Assembly (NCBI RefSeq): GCF_004010195.1
Contig: NC_057719.1
Span: 16,760,115 to 16,823,531 of the forward strand
Direction: 5' to 3'
DNA length: 63,417 nucleotides
Source: Chiloscyllium plagiosum
Lineage: Eukaryota
Shown: positions 24,762 through 36,480 of the stretch, piece after piece
Numbering within the stretch: the stretch's first letter is position 1
How the letters are laid out: every line of letters starts with the position of its first letter
The notes under the pieces: generated by a model
Told to the model about the DNA's origin: nothing
Database searches by the model: none
The model's input: only the letters and a program-made list of their open reading frames with translations
Made by a program: the position numbers and the translations under genes

Positions 24762-26595
24762 TTACCTGGAATCAGAAAACAAACTTTGACTTAGAAGTTC
24801 AATTGCCAAACATATAATTGGTATCACAAATAGTACTGCAGGGGGAAAATTAGAAATTGCTGGAAAAGCTCAGCAGCACTTGTGGAAAAATGACCCTTCT
24901 GCTTTATCTCCACAGATGCTGCCAAACCTGGAGTTTTTCCAGCAATTTCTGTTTTTGTTTGATCTCCAGCACCAGCAGTTTTGCTTTTTTTTTAATACTG
25001 CAGGGATTTTTTTTTGTAGATAATATGATCAAATTGCACAAAACTAGATCCTCCAGAAACCACACCGAAGTTGGCACAAGGGTCAACACTTCAAGTTCAA
25101 AACAATTTCTTGTTCTGTAAGAAAAATAGATTTCAATGCTGCATGATTTACAAATAGGAGTTGATTCTGTAGTTCAAAGGGTAGTTTAAAGTAACAGTGC
25201 AACATGGCCTCAGTGAATAGCAGCTGATGTTCACCATGCCAGTCTCCATTTTCTATTGGCTTGGAAAATGTTGCCAAAATTATTAATAATATCAAGTAAA
25301 AGCACTTAGAGACAATAAGAAATAAGTCTTTAAAAATAAATGCTGATTTGCTTTGAGCCCATCTCAAATTGCTGGTATAGACAGATTCCACCTGGACATG
25401 GAAACAACCTTGGCCTCATCACTCAACTCTGATGCTTTGACAAAAAGAATCCAAGTGTAAGAACTAAGGTCAACTGTATGTATGCTTGCGCTACAAAATT
25501 GAAATCATGGTCAACAATTTAAATTCTGCATTCAAAATAAATGGCATGACAAAAAATGAGTTTGCCAACTTTAACTTTATTTATTAATTTAAGTTAAGTG
25601 AAAGACATGATTATTTTGACAAATCTGTGATATCATGCTACAGAATGCTGACGTTATATTCCAGATTAAGTGGTTCAGAGAAAGCCCACAATCTTTGTTT
25701 TATTATTTAAACTGAGGGAGAAACTCATCAAAGATCACAGGAAAATAGTCTCCGTTATAAACTGTTAGTCCATTTGTTAACTTCAGCAAATTAAGTGGTC
25801 TCACACTTAAATCCCTTCCAGAACTTTGTGGAATTGCGGGGATTTGAACACTTGGGGATATTATTTGGTATCATCAGTTCCTTGGCACTGACTGCATCCA
25901 CCCCTCTCAGTGAGTGTATAGTTTCTGTTCCCAGTGCTGTCCCAAAGACTGCACATTTCCAACTTAATGTTGACGATCATCACTGACTGCTGGAACCCTT
26001 CTTTAGGTCATTGCCACCCTCAGACTCCATTACTCAACGCTCACCTTGCTAGCCTATGTTTCACGTATCATAACTGGTTAATCGAAAACAGCATTCTCTC
26101 CCCCACCATGTTCCATTTAACCAATCTTTGCAAACCTGCATTCTTGACATTTTGCAAACTCAAACTTGATATTTTCGTTTTCTATGACTAACTATGTGAC
26201 AACCAAACTTTAAGCTTCTCTCCATTACGTCAGAATCATCCCTTGCTGCCTTTCTAAATTCATTAGGCCATATAAGCATACCCCTATCCCCACAATGCTT
26301 CTGCTTTCCACCAACTCTGGTTTCTGTTCCTTTGAATTTCAGGAATATACTACTACCCTCGGCTCCTAAGAGCTTTGTAATTCCTTTCCTGAAACAACCA
26401 TCTATGTCACTATGTTAACGGTCCCAAATAAAAGCAGAAAAGACGACTGAGTCATGGAGATAAGGGAAGTGCCAAGATCTTGGTTAGTGTTGAAACATAA
26501 TTCCTCTCTCATTGAGCAGGATACTATTACAACAATCATCAGTATGTTTTATGGAATGACAAAGAAAAACAGATAAAGGGCTAGAACCTGAAATG

Positions 26596-27766
26596 AGATT
26601 GTGTTGCTGGAAACGCGCAGCAGGTCAGGCAGCATCGAGGAGCAGGAAAATCAACGTTTTGGGCCAGAGCCCGTCATAATCATAGAGATATACAGCACGG
26701 AAACCGACCCTTCGGTCCAACTTGTCCATGCTGACCAGATATCCCACCTGTCAGCGCATGGCCTATATCCCTCCAAACCCTTCCTATTCATATACCCATT
26801 CAAATCCCTCTTAAATGTTGCAATTGTACCAGCCTCCACCACTTCCTCTGGCAGCTCATTCCATACATGCACCATACGTTGCGTGAAAAAGTTGCCCCTT
26901 AGGTCTCTTTTATATCTTCCCCCTCTCACCCCAAACCTATGCACCCTCTAGTTCTGGACTCCGACACCACAGGGAAAAGATTTTGTCTATTTATCCTATC
27001 CATGCCCCTCAATTTTGTAAACCTCGATAAAGGTCACCTCTCGGCCTCCGACGCTCCAGGGAAAACAGCCCCAGCCTGTTCAGCCTCCCCCTGGAGCTCA
27101 AATCCTCCAACCCTGGCAACGTCCTTGTAAATCTTTTCTGAACCCTTTCAAATTTCACAACATCTTTCCGATAGAAAGGAGACCAGAACTGCACGCAACA
27201 TACCAACAGCAGCCTAACCAATGCCCTGTACAGAAACAACATGACCTCCCAACTCCTGTACTCAATACTCTTACCAATAAAGGAAAACATACCAAACATG
27301 TCCTTCACTATCCTATCTCCCTGCGACTCCACTTTCAAGGAACTATGATCCTGCACTCCAAGGTCTTTTTGTTCAGCAAAACTCCCTCGGACCTTATCAT
27401 TAAGTGTATAAGTCCTGCTAAGATTTGCTTTCCCAAAATACAGCACCTCACATTTATCTGAATTAAACTCCATCTGCCACTCCTCAGCCCATTGGCTCAT
27501 CTAATTAAGATCCTGTTGTAATCTGAGGTAACCTTCTTCGCTGTCCACTACATCTCCAATTTTGGGGTCATCTGCAAACTTACTAACTGTACGCTCACAT
27601 CCAAATCATTTATACGAATGATGAAAAATAGGGGCCATCAGAAATCAGAAGGGCTCCGGCCCAAAACATCGATTTTCCTGCTCCTTGGATGCTGCCTGAC
27701 CAGTTGTGCTTTTTCAGTAACACACTAACTCTGATCGCCAGCATCTGCAGACCTCACTGTCTCCTA
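26596..27766. mobile_element. Penelope-related fold-back element split by a CR1 insertion
   Basis: Left arm 26601-26672 and right arm 27648-27765 are reverse complements; flanked by a CTGAAATG direct repeat (26588-26595 and 27771-27778). Confidence 0.8.
26673..27640 (-). mobile_element. CR1 (HER1-like) LINE, 5'-truncated, in CCNK intron 1
   Basis: ORFs 27009-27500 (WAEEWQMEFNSDKCEVLYFG...LERRRPRGDL) and 26651-26944 ([22 protein letters not shown]). Confidence 0.93.
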
Positions 27767-28177
27767 TAAACTGAAATGTTAACTCAGTTTCCAGTTTCAC
27801 AGATAATGCCAACCCTGTTGAGTATTTGCAACATTTTCTGCTTTCATTTCAGAAAGTGAAAGAGAATTGTGGAGATTTACGAAGGGAGATCCACAGCTTT
27901 GGGTCTAAACAATAGAAGGAGCAGTTACCATTAGCAGAACAACTTAACTCAGGATGCTCAATGGATGATGATTGGAGTGTCAAGATCCTGGAACTCTGTA
28001 AAGCTGGATGGTGTTAAGAGATAGGGAAACAATGCAGAAACATCATTCTTTCATTTTTCAAATGGCAAGTGCGCTCCAACAGTCTACCAAGTCACTACCT
28101 TACGACACATGCTCAAGTGGAAAGTGTTGTGAACATCAAGTGTGAAAAACTTAATGCTGAACAATTTACTGTACTAC

Positions 28178-28716
28178 TGTCGTCCCGCTTCCCCCTCAGT
28201 CAAAGCAAAACACTCCGAGACATAGTATAGTTTTACCTTCATCTTTATTCCAGGCCCTGTAGGAAGAGAATGATCGCCCCATGCGCGCAAGAACGCGAGT
28301 TCTCGGTCTTCTCTCAAGAAGTTTCTTAATGAATTATATAGTCATTTTACAAGGAGGAGCATCCAGATAAGGCAACAGACGTATTAATTGGGTGACCAAT
28401 ACAATCAACGAATATCAAGGTCAGAGACCAAGCCCTTAACAAGGTTAAGACCATTCATTGTATAATAGTAAACTGGCTTCATACTGGATACTTTTCCCCC
28501 TGTTAACTGACCTTTCATACTGAATGCTTCCAATATTGTTAAATGGCTCTCCATAATGACTGCTTTTCCACCTTGTTAACCTATTATCCTTGCCTCCAGC
28601 ACCCCATTGTTAACTATTTCTTATCTGATGTGAGTCATGCTCAACTGAACCTCTTGTTTCACAAAACTGTGAACTTAACTCTTTCCCTGCCTGCTTATAC
28701 CCTATACACATTCTCA
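28178..28716 (-). mobile_element. Solo LTR (539 bp), ERV- or Gypsy-type
   Basis: TG...CA termini; perfect 4-bp TSD CTAC (28174-28177 and 28717-28720). On the minus strand: U3 with repeated GTTAACA motifs, TATATAA (28334-28340), AATAAA (28244-28249) and a GT-rich U5. Confidence 0.75.
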
Positions 28717-28912
28717 CTACTAAGAAGTACTCCATTGATCAAAGTGTCACCACCATAAAACGGAGGCCTTTTTGCATGTTCATGTACGAAGATCCAAAGA
28801 TACTAACAAAGAGTATTACGGGTGTCCCGGTGAATGTTTAGCATTTAAAACATTGAAAACTGATTGGAATTCTCTCCAATCTTTGCATGGCCATACTGTG
28901 TTACCACAGTGG

Positions 28913-29452
28913 TTAAGATGTGGAGAAGTCGGTGTTGGACTGGGGTGGACACGGTTAAAAATCAGACAACACCCATGTTATAGTCCAACAGGTTTATTTG
29001 GAAGCACTAGTTTTTTTTAGATTAGATTAGATTACTTACAGTGTGAAAACAGGTCCTTCGGCCCAACAAGTCCACACCAACCCTCTGAAGAGCAAGCCAC
29101 CCAGACCCATTCCCCTATACTTAGCCCTTCACCTAACACTACAGGCAATTTAGCATGGCCAATTCACTTAACCTGCACATTTTTAAACTGTGGGAGGAAA
29201 CCAGAGCACCCGGTGGAAACCCACGCAGACACGGGGAGAACGTGCAAACTCCACACACAGATTTGCCTCGGGTCTCTGGCACTGTGAGGTAGCAGTGCTA
29301 ACCACTGTGCCACCGTGGAGCGCTACTCCATCAGGTAGTGGTGGAGCAAGACCATAAGACACAGAATTTATAGCAAAAGATCTGAAGGAGCAGCGCTCCA
29401 AAAGCTAATGCTTCCAAGTAAACCTGTTGAACTATATTTTTTAAAACCTTGT
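28913..29452. mobile_element. Penelope-related fold-back element with 9-bp TSD, interrupted by a SINE
   Basis: TSD CCACAGTGG (28904-28912 and 29453-29461); arm sequence shared with the 13110 family. Confidence 0.8.
29017..29316 (-). mobile_element. HE1/V-SINE-like tRNA-derived SINE
   Basis: Head ACGGTGGCACAGTGGTTAGCACTGCT (box A), V-domain-like centre, CR1-like tail ending (AATCT)n. Confidence 0.88.
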
Positions 29453-29504
29453 CCACAGTGGACATGTACTTTTAATCAACCTGTTCAGGAGTGTTATGAC
29501 ACAC

Positions 29505-29625
29505 AAAAGTAAAGTACCACACATGCTCAAAATCTAAAACAAACAGAATGTTGAAGAAACTCAGCAGGTTTGGCAGCATCTGTGGAGAGAGAAATAGAGT
29601 CAACGTTGAGTCAAAACATTAACCA
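29505..29625. mobile_element. Short Penelope-related terminal fragment with 13-bp TSD, inside a SINE
   Basis: TSD TGTTATGACACAC (29492-29504 and 29626-29638); the host SINE continues at 29639-29705 and resembles 52085-52160. Confidence 0.7.
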
Positions 29626-29969
29626 TGTTATGACACACCTCTGAAGCTGGGAGGACTTGAACCCAGGCCTTCAGGCCCAGAGGTAAGGTCATTTCCACAA
29701 GAGCCCATCACAGTTTATATATTTGAAAGTAATTTCTGAAGTAATTGGCTATAAAATATATTACTTTCTACAAAAGAGGTTCCAACCAAAAGATGCCCAA
29801 ATTGATCTTCAAAATAAAAAATAACTTCACAGTTTTTCTACACAATTAATCAGTGTTACGAGTTATCAGATTTCCTCAATGACACAACAGCAGCAGTTTA
29901 TACCATCTGGAGGGCAGCACTCACCCCAAACAGCCCCAGATGTTCACACAAAGCTTCCTTAAAACAAAG

Positions 29970-30745
29970 TTAAATATCACACAACATCAAGTTATTAGTC
30001 CAACAGGTTTATTTGGAATCACTAGCTTTTGAAGTGTTGCTTCTTCATTGGGTGGTCGTGGAGCAGCATCATAAGACACAGACTTTATAGCAACAGAAAT
30101 GCAGTGTCATGGAATGTAATATTAAACAAATTTAGCTCAAGTCTTTTATCTTTTAGATTGACAATATTAGTTAAGATTTGGAGGTGCTGGTGTTGGACTG
30201 GGGCAGACAAAGTTAGAAATTAGAACACCAGGTTACAGTCCAACAGGTTTATTTGGAAGCACTAGTTTTCAGAGGGCAGCTGCTTCATCTGGTGGTTGTG
30301 GAGTATAAGCTTATAACATACAATTTATAGCAAAATATTACAGATTGATGAAACTGAAATTATATATTGAAAGACCTGGATTGTTTCTTAATGATGAAGC
30401 ATCTGAAGGAGCAGTGCTCTGAAAGCTAGTGCTTCCAAATAAACATGTTGGATTATAACCTGGTGCTGAGAATGCAACTTGAAAAAAGTTATGGGATTTA
30501 TATATCAAAGAACCAAAATTAACATGGCCATTCTAAAATATGACAGACTTAAGCTAAATTTGTTCGATATTACATTCCATGACACTGCAATCCTGTTGCT
30601 ATAACGTCTGTATCTTATGATGCTCCTCCACAACCATCTGATGAAGAAGATGTAGCAATTGCGAAACTAGTGATTCCAAACAAATCTGTTGGACTATAAC
30701 CTGGTGTTGTGTGATTTTTAACTCCACCGCAGTCCAACACCTGCG
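29970..30745. mobile_element. Nested fold-back-in-fold-back Penelope-related elements
   Basis: Outer arms ~29970-30165 and ~30470-30745; inner arms ~30170-30390 and ~30400-30465; all share 'agtccaacaggtttatttggaagcactag' or its reverse complement. Confidence 0.75.
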
Positions 30746-30999
30746 GTTAAATCAACGAAAAAGGAATTAGCGCTGGCTGCCCGGACAATGGCTCAAAAGT
30801 AAATTATCCACAGGACACGAAAGGATTTTTTGCAAATCGCATCTCTTTATTTTGGCCGGAGGCGGGGGGAGGGGTACATTGAACTTCAATGAAGTGAAGT
30901 ACAATCAGTAGGTGTGAAACTTCGATATAAACCCTACTACTGATCCCCGTCTCCTCAGAAGAGGCAGGAGGCCCGAAACAGCAGCCGGCTCCGCTTTCG

Positions 31000-31750
31000 T
31001 GGGAAGTGGAGGGGGGCGGGTGCAAATCACAGCCCAAAAGTGAACATAACTCCGGCGCAGCAATATGTGCCCGCCTCGCTGGCTCGCTCTCTTACCTCGG
31101 GCGGTGTTGAGGCCCGGCCTCACACTGCACCACGCTCGGTTCCACAATCAAACGAAAAACCTCCTTCTCTCCACGACCGCCCCGCTCAAGTCGCTTCCCC
31201 ACGAACAATCAATTAGTTCGGTCTCAAAAACTACAACGGGGAAGAGTACGAAGGCGGGCCGACAAACGGAACTACTCAGGATCTTCCTCCCCGACACCGG
31301 CACTTTCACTCCAAACTTCCCAAACGATTCAGACAGGGCGCCGCCATTTTGAACAGACCACCCCCACACGAACGACGGGAAAGTGCGCATGCGCAACTGT
31401 GTTCTTTCCTCCCCACCCCGGAGACCGGGTCCGTCGGGAACGTATCATGATTGACGGCCACCCCAAGCCTACTGAAAGCCGCCTTGGGAAGGCGGGCCCG
31501 GTGTCATTCGCCCAATCGGCGGTAACCGCGGAGGGGAAGGGGCGGAGTCAAGGGAAGAGGCGGGGCCGTTTTGACGGTTCAAACTGGATGGGTGGGGCGG
31601 CAGGCCAGTTGATTGACGATACTGAAGACCAATGGGCATGCGATCTCGCGATGGGTGACCAATCAAGGCAGCAAAGGATAGGTGCTTTGGAGCGCTATCA
31701 AGTTCGGTTGAGAGGCAGCATTCACGCTTGCCTGGCTGGAGTGTTTTTTT
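31000..31750. promoter_or_regulatory. CpG-rich bidirectional promoter CCNK/SETD3
   Basis: YY1 GCCGCCATTTT 31340-31350; perfect NRF1 palindrome TGCGCATGCGCA 31384-31395; CCAAT at 31512, 31629 and 31659; GC boxes at 31539, 31556 and 31594; near-BANP/ZBTB33 motif TCTCGCGAT at 31644. Confidence 0.9.
31096..31370 (-). other. CCNK: Probable CCNK non-coding exon 1 (TSS approximate)
   Basis: Strong donor CCGAG|GTAAGA at 31096/31095 inside the CpG island; YY1 motif near the 5' end. Confidence 0.7.
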
Positions 31751-31929
31751 TTCAATCTGCTCTGACTGCCGATTCATTTTCTCTTCATCGAACTACTGCG
31801 GTGTTCAGGTTACTCAGATGTTCTCTTCCTTCAGCTTATTTGTTTTTGTTACGATTGATTTCTGTCCGTGTAAAGCGCGTTTGGTTCCCAGCTTATTCTG
31901 CGCTGTTGTATCTAAGCATAAGGACATGA
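31690..31929 (+). other. SETD3: Probable SETD3 non-coding exon 1 (TSS approximate)
   Basis: First consensus-like donor on the plus strand after the promoter motifs: TGA|GTGAGT at 31929/31930. Confidence 0.55.
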
Positions 31930-32356
31930 GTGAGTGATGGAGCAGGCAGGGCCTACAGAGCCTTAACCCTTTATTTGGCCATTGCATACTTTTATTGTGC
32001 CAGGGATCATTTAAACCCTCTTCTTCTGCCACCATATTCAGAGTCAGACATTGGGCATATCAGGGTTAAAGTGTGAGGTTGAATCATGACTGAGTAGACA
32101 TGTTTTTATTGGCTTTTAAGCGAATTATTAGCAGTTTATTGCATATAAAACCATTTGGAAGAAGTAGACTCATGGAGAGAGTGATTCAGTTTTAAACGTG
32201 AATGGAGAGTGCCACTTACTGCACTGTCTGATGCAAAGCAAAGTATTAAGTTGTTATTTAAATTATGAACTCACGATTGGTGTGTAGTCATCTTGCTCCT
32301 GATCAAACGGTGCGGGGTACAAGTTCCATTAAAGGTACTTGAGACTTGACAATAAT

Positions 32357-33395
32357 TGTTGTGGTTCTGTTTGCCAAGCTGGAAATTTTTGTTGCAAACG
32401 TTTCGTCCCCTGTCTAGGTGACATCCTCAGTGCTTGGGAGCCTTCTATGAAGCACTTCTGTTGTGTTTCCTCTGGCATTTATAGTGGTCTGTCCCTGCCG
32501 TTTCCGGTTGTCAGTTTCAGCTGTCCGCTGTAGTGGCCGGTATATTGGGTCCAGGTTGATGTGTTTGTTGATGGAGTTTGTGGATAAGTGCCATGCTTCT
32601 AGGAATTCCCTGGCTGTTCTTTGTTTGGCTTGCCCTATAATGGTAGTGTTGTCCCAGTCAAATTCAGTTGCTTGTCGTCTGCGTGTGTGGCTACTAAGGA
32701 TAGCTGGTCGTGGCGTTTCGTGGCTAGTTGATGTTCATGGATGCGGATCGTTAGCTGTCTTCCTGTTTGTCGTATATAATATTTGTGCAATCCTTGCATG
32801 GGATTTTGTACACTACATTAGTTTTGCTCATGCTGGGTATCGGGTCCTTCGTTCTGGTGAGTTGGAAGGACCCGATACCCAGCATGAGCAAAACTAATGT
32901 GTACAAAATCCCATGCAAGGATTGCACAAAACACTATATAGGACAAACAGGAAGACAGCTAACGATCCGCGTCCATGAACATCAACTAGCCACGAAACGC
33001 CACGACCAGCTATCCTTAGTAGCCACACACGCAGACGACAAGCAACATGAATTCGACTGGGACAACACTACCATTATAGGGCAAGCCAAACAAAGAACAG
33101 CCAGGGAATTCCTAGAAGCATGGCACTAATCCACAAACTCCATAAACAAACACATCGACCTAGACCCAATATACCGGCCACTACAGCGGACAGCTGAAAC
33201 TGACAACCGGAAGCGGCAGGGACAGGCCACTATAAATGCCGGAGGAAACACCACAGAAGCGTGTCACAGGAGGCTCCCAAGCACTGAGGATGTCACCTAG
33301 ACAGGGGACGAAACGTTTGCAACAAAAATTTCCAGCTCGGCGAACAGAACCACAACAACGAGCACCCGAGCTACAAATCTTCACCCAAACTTTGA
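32357..33395. mobile_element. Penelope 3' end (GIY-YIG endonuclease plus pLTR) arranged as a ~1-kb palindrome with 13-bp TSD
   Basis: Arms 32357-32850 and 32865-33357 with a 14-nt spacer; the plus arm encodes VYKIPCKDCTKHYIGQTGR...R.HEH...AREFLEAWH; TSD ACTTGACAATAAT at 32344-32356 and 33396-33408. Confidence 0.93.
33281..33320 (+). ncRNA. Minimal hammerhead ribozyme motif in the pLTR (mirror copy at 32394-32433 on the minus strand)
   Basis: GCA-CTGAGGA-T-GTCACCT-AGAC-AGGGGAC-GAAA-CG-TT-TGC. Confidence 0.72.
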
Positions 33396-36300
33396 ACTTG
33401 ACAATAATCTGGCTAACACTCCGGTGCCAATAGAGATAGAGTGCTGCATACTTAGAGGTAAATTGTTTTGGATGAAAAATTTGTACTATTGCGGACAACA
33501 GAAAGGATGTTCTCCCTGGCCAATGTTTATCCATCAGGTAACAGCACAAACCAAATAATCTGTCTGTTAGCACATTGTTCTTTGTGGCGCAGTTTACTCT
33601 GAACAAATCAGTTGTTGTATTTCTTGCATGACAACTGTCCTTGTTGTTAGCTGTCCCATCATTCGAGATAATATCTATTCAGGCTCGTGAGTTTATGCCA
33701 TGGGTCTTTATGTGATTGAACAGACTGGTTCTTGACATGTAGGTCAAAGCACTTGTTGGATCAATTATTGCCATTTTAAGTCATTTTTAGAAAACCCTCA
33801 CAAATATTAACATGAATGCTACTGCACTTTAAGGAGAGCTTCGTAATGACTCTGAAGTGTTTTCGTTGGCCTCCACTGGAATAATTCTCATTTGAAAATT
33901 AAGGGGAGGTGAATTGATGGGGAGGTGATTTTGGGCCACAGTGGTTAGTCTACCAAAGTTAATTTTGCTGGGGCTTTGTCTGAATACTGGTGGACCTATT
34001 CCAATAGGACACTAGTGTTTTTGAGATGATTATTTTATTGAATCCAGAGGATGCACTTCTGTTTTGGCGGTACATAGGTCAAATGCCACGGCAAAACATG
34101 AGTGTTTCCAACATTGCAGTTAATGAACTAGTTTCTGTAAAGTGTTTTGAGATGTCTAGAAGCCCTGAATGATGCGTATATGTAAGTTTATTTTTAATGT
34201 TTGGTGGTCTATACTGCTCTGTGTCTTCTGAAGTGTTGACTGATGCAGCAGCCAACAACTTAATTTTAATTGGTTTTTAGTGGTGTAGGTTGATGGGGAA
34301 ATGTTTTTTTTGGATACCAGCAGACAATCCTTGATTTAGAGTAGTACTGTAACTTTACTGAAAATTACAGTATCTCTTGTTGGTAGTGATAATATTACAA
34401 TAAAGCGTTCAACTGATTATTTAGACCAGTCTAGACAACTGTTTATGTAGCATATATGTTGAGATATCTTCTCTGAAACATGCATGTGAAAGGGCTGCTG
34501 GACATATTATGATTAACTGAGCACTTTGTTTTCGTAGAACTACTGAGTATTCATAGACTTTGAAGGTGTTACTGTCTACTGTCTTACATTTTTGTAAGGG
34601 GTTGCCTAGATGTCTAGAATGATCAAAATACATCTGCAATTTGAATGGATGCAATCTCTTTTTCTATAACTAAACCCGATCCGTTGCTCGTGGTAAGCCA
34701 AAGAACAAACTGTATTTGAATCATAGGTATTTACTACACAGGAGATCACACGATTACAGTAGGTCAATGCCCTGTCTGAAAGCAGTCCAAAACAAATCCT
34801 TTTTTCTCCTGTGTATCATTTTAAAAAAAAATAACAATATGAGGTGTATTTGCTCTGATATTCCTGAAATAAATACTTGATTGGGATGTTATGGGTCATA
34901 GTAATAATTCAGGATTTTTAACTTTTTCCCAGATCATTGTAGGAGAGATTGCAAAACATGGCAGATGGGAAATGCTGAAACCTTGTTTTGAATTTGCAAA
35001 AGAGAAGTATCCAAGTGTGGGAGCTAGAAAAAGAAAATAAAAGAGCATTGTTTGTTTGAAAAGTTAAAACTTTCTTACAACTAGCTTAAATATGCTTAAT
35101 TTGGTTCAACGCTTACAGACTAATACACTTCATGCAAAGGTACAATGTTCTACGAGTGAATTTGTTTTTAAAAAGTGAGTCACGTGATGTAATTGGCATT
35201 GCTACTGGGAATATGAGTTTTAATTCATCCACAGAAGTTTGTGGAATTTAATTCTAGTTAATAAATCTGGTTCATTAGTGTCCCTTAGGGAGGGAAGTCT
35301 GCCGTCCTAACATTGTCTGGCTGTATTGTGACTTGACAGCCTACGGCAGGCCACTCAATTCAAAGACAGTTAGAAATGGAATACAAATGTTGGTCTTGTT
35401 GATAATGCTGACATCCGAAGAAATAATAAAGTAAAGAAAACAAAATTTTACAATATTGCCCAGACAGATGCTACAAGAAGAAACTGGCACTTATAAAGTG
35501 TTGTTTTCTCCTGAAGGATATCCCATAGTACTTCAAAGCTAATTATCTACTTTGGAAGTATAGTTAGTATTATAATATAGGATACATGCAGTCAGTTTAC
35601 ATACAGATAGGTTCTAAACATTTCCAAATAATCTGTTTTTAGCTGTGATAATGTGTGCTGCATCCAAGACTGAGTGTAAGTCATTCCAATGTGTAATGAT
35701 GTATCACTGAAAAATGCACAGCAATGACACGAAGTACACAACTTTTTGCAATGAATTATCTTGTTTTTACCATCATGTTTTAGCATTATATGTTTTAGTA
35801 AATGGCTGCTATTTACCAAGCATGGAAGTTCTTCATAACCAGATGATTGGTTACATCTGTTATGAACCCTTGATTCCAAATCTTGTGTATAAACAAGACA
35901 CAGCCCTGGCAACATTGCATATACTGGGTGTCCACAAAATAGGCATACAACGGAAGTGTTCACAGAATGTAACTTAGTTAAGGCAACACATAGTTTTGGA
36001 ATGTTTGTAAGGCACCAATCCAATTTCATGGTTCTGATGGCCATTGTAGATTGCTCTAGTTTTGACCTTATGGCTTATAGTTTTATTATTTTCTTGTCAT
36101 TGCTTTTTCATACAATACTTCTGTTTTCTACTTGGCCTACAGGATTATGTGGCTGATGAATTAAAAAAAAATGACAGGCTATTTGTTAGCTCAGAGTGAA
36201 TCCAACTTGTGACATGACAAAAGCTTTTCCTGCCACTCGAGAATAAATGCAGCTAATATGTTTGTGCAGCATGTTTGCACAATTAAAAATGCTGTTTTTT

Positions 36301-36480
36301 GGTTGAATATTTTGCACTTTATGGTAAGACCTTTTTGACTTTAAATGTTAGCTATGCAATTTGTTTCAATTTGGATTGTTACTTGCTGTTTTGGCAATAC
36401 TAGCGAACACTTGAAAAAAGCTGAGTAAAAAAGCGTTGTCTTTTGAAGCAAATAGAAACTTGTCACTTTGGTCTGCTCTA

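Larger units (their letters stand above)
32278..33640 (+). mobile_element. Ancient Deu-domain-like SINE (SacSINE1/AmnSINE-like), split by the Penelope palindrome
   Basis: tRNA-like head at 32278-32356; after the insertion, 'ctggccaatgtttatccatcag...ataatctg...cacattgttctttgtgg' resembles the recalled Deu core. Confidence 0.55.

Noticed and set aside
30400..30432. Further hammerhead-like cores (also near 4480, 13232, 17240, 29381 and 53141)
   Set aside because: Core nucleotides are mutated or deleted, so they are counted as relics rather than ribozymes.
31399..31929. 176-aa ORF and other ORFs across the CpG island
   Set aside because: Non-ATG start, overlaps promoter motifs, no recognisable protein; long ORFs are expected in GC-rich DNA.
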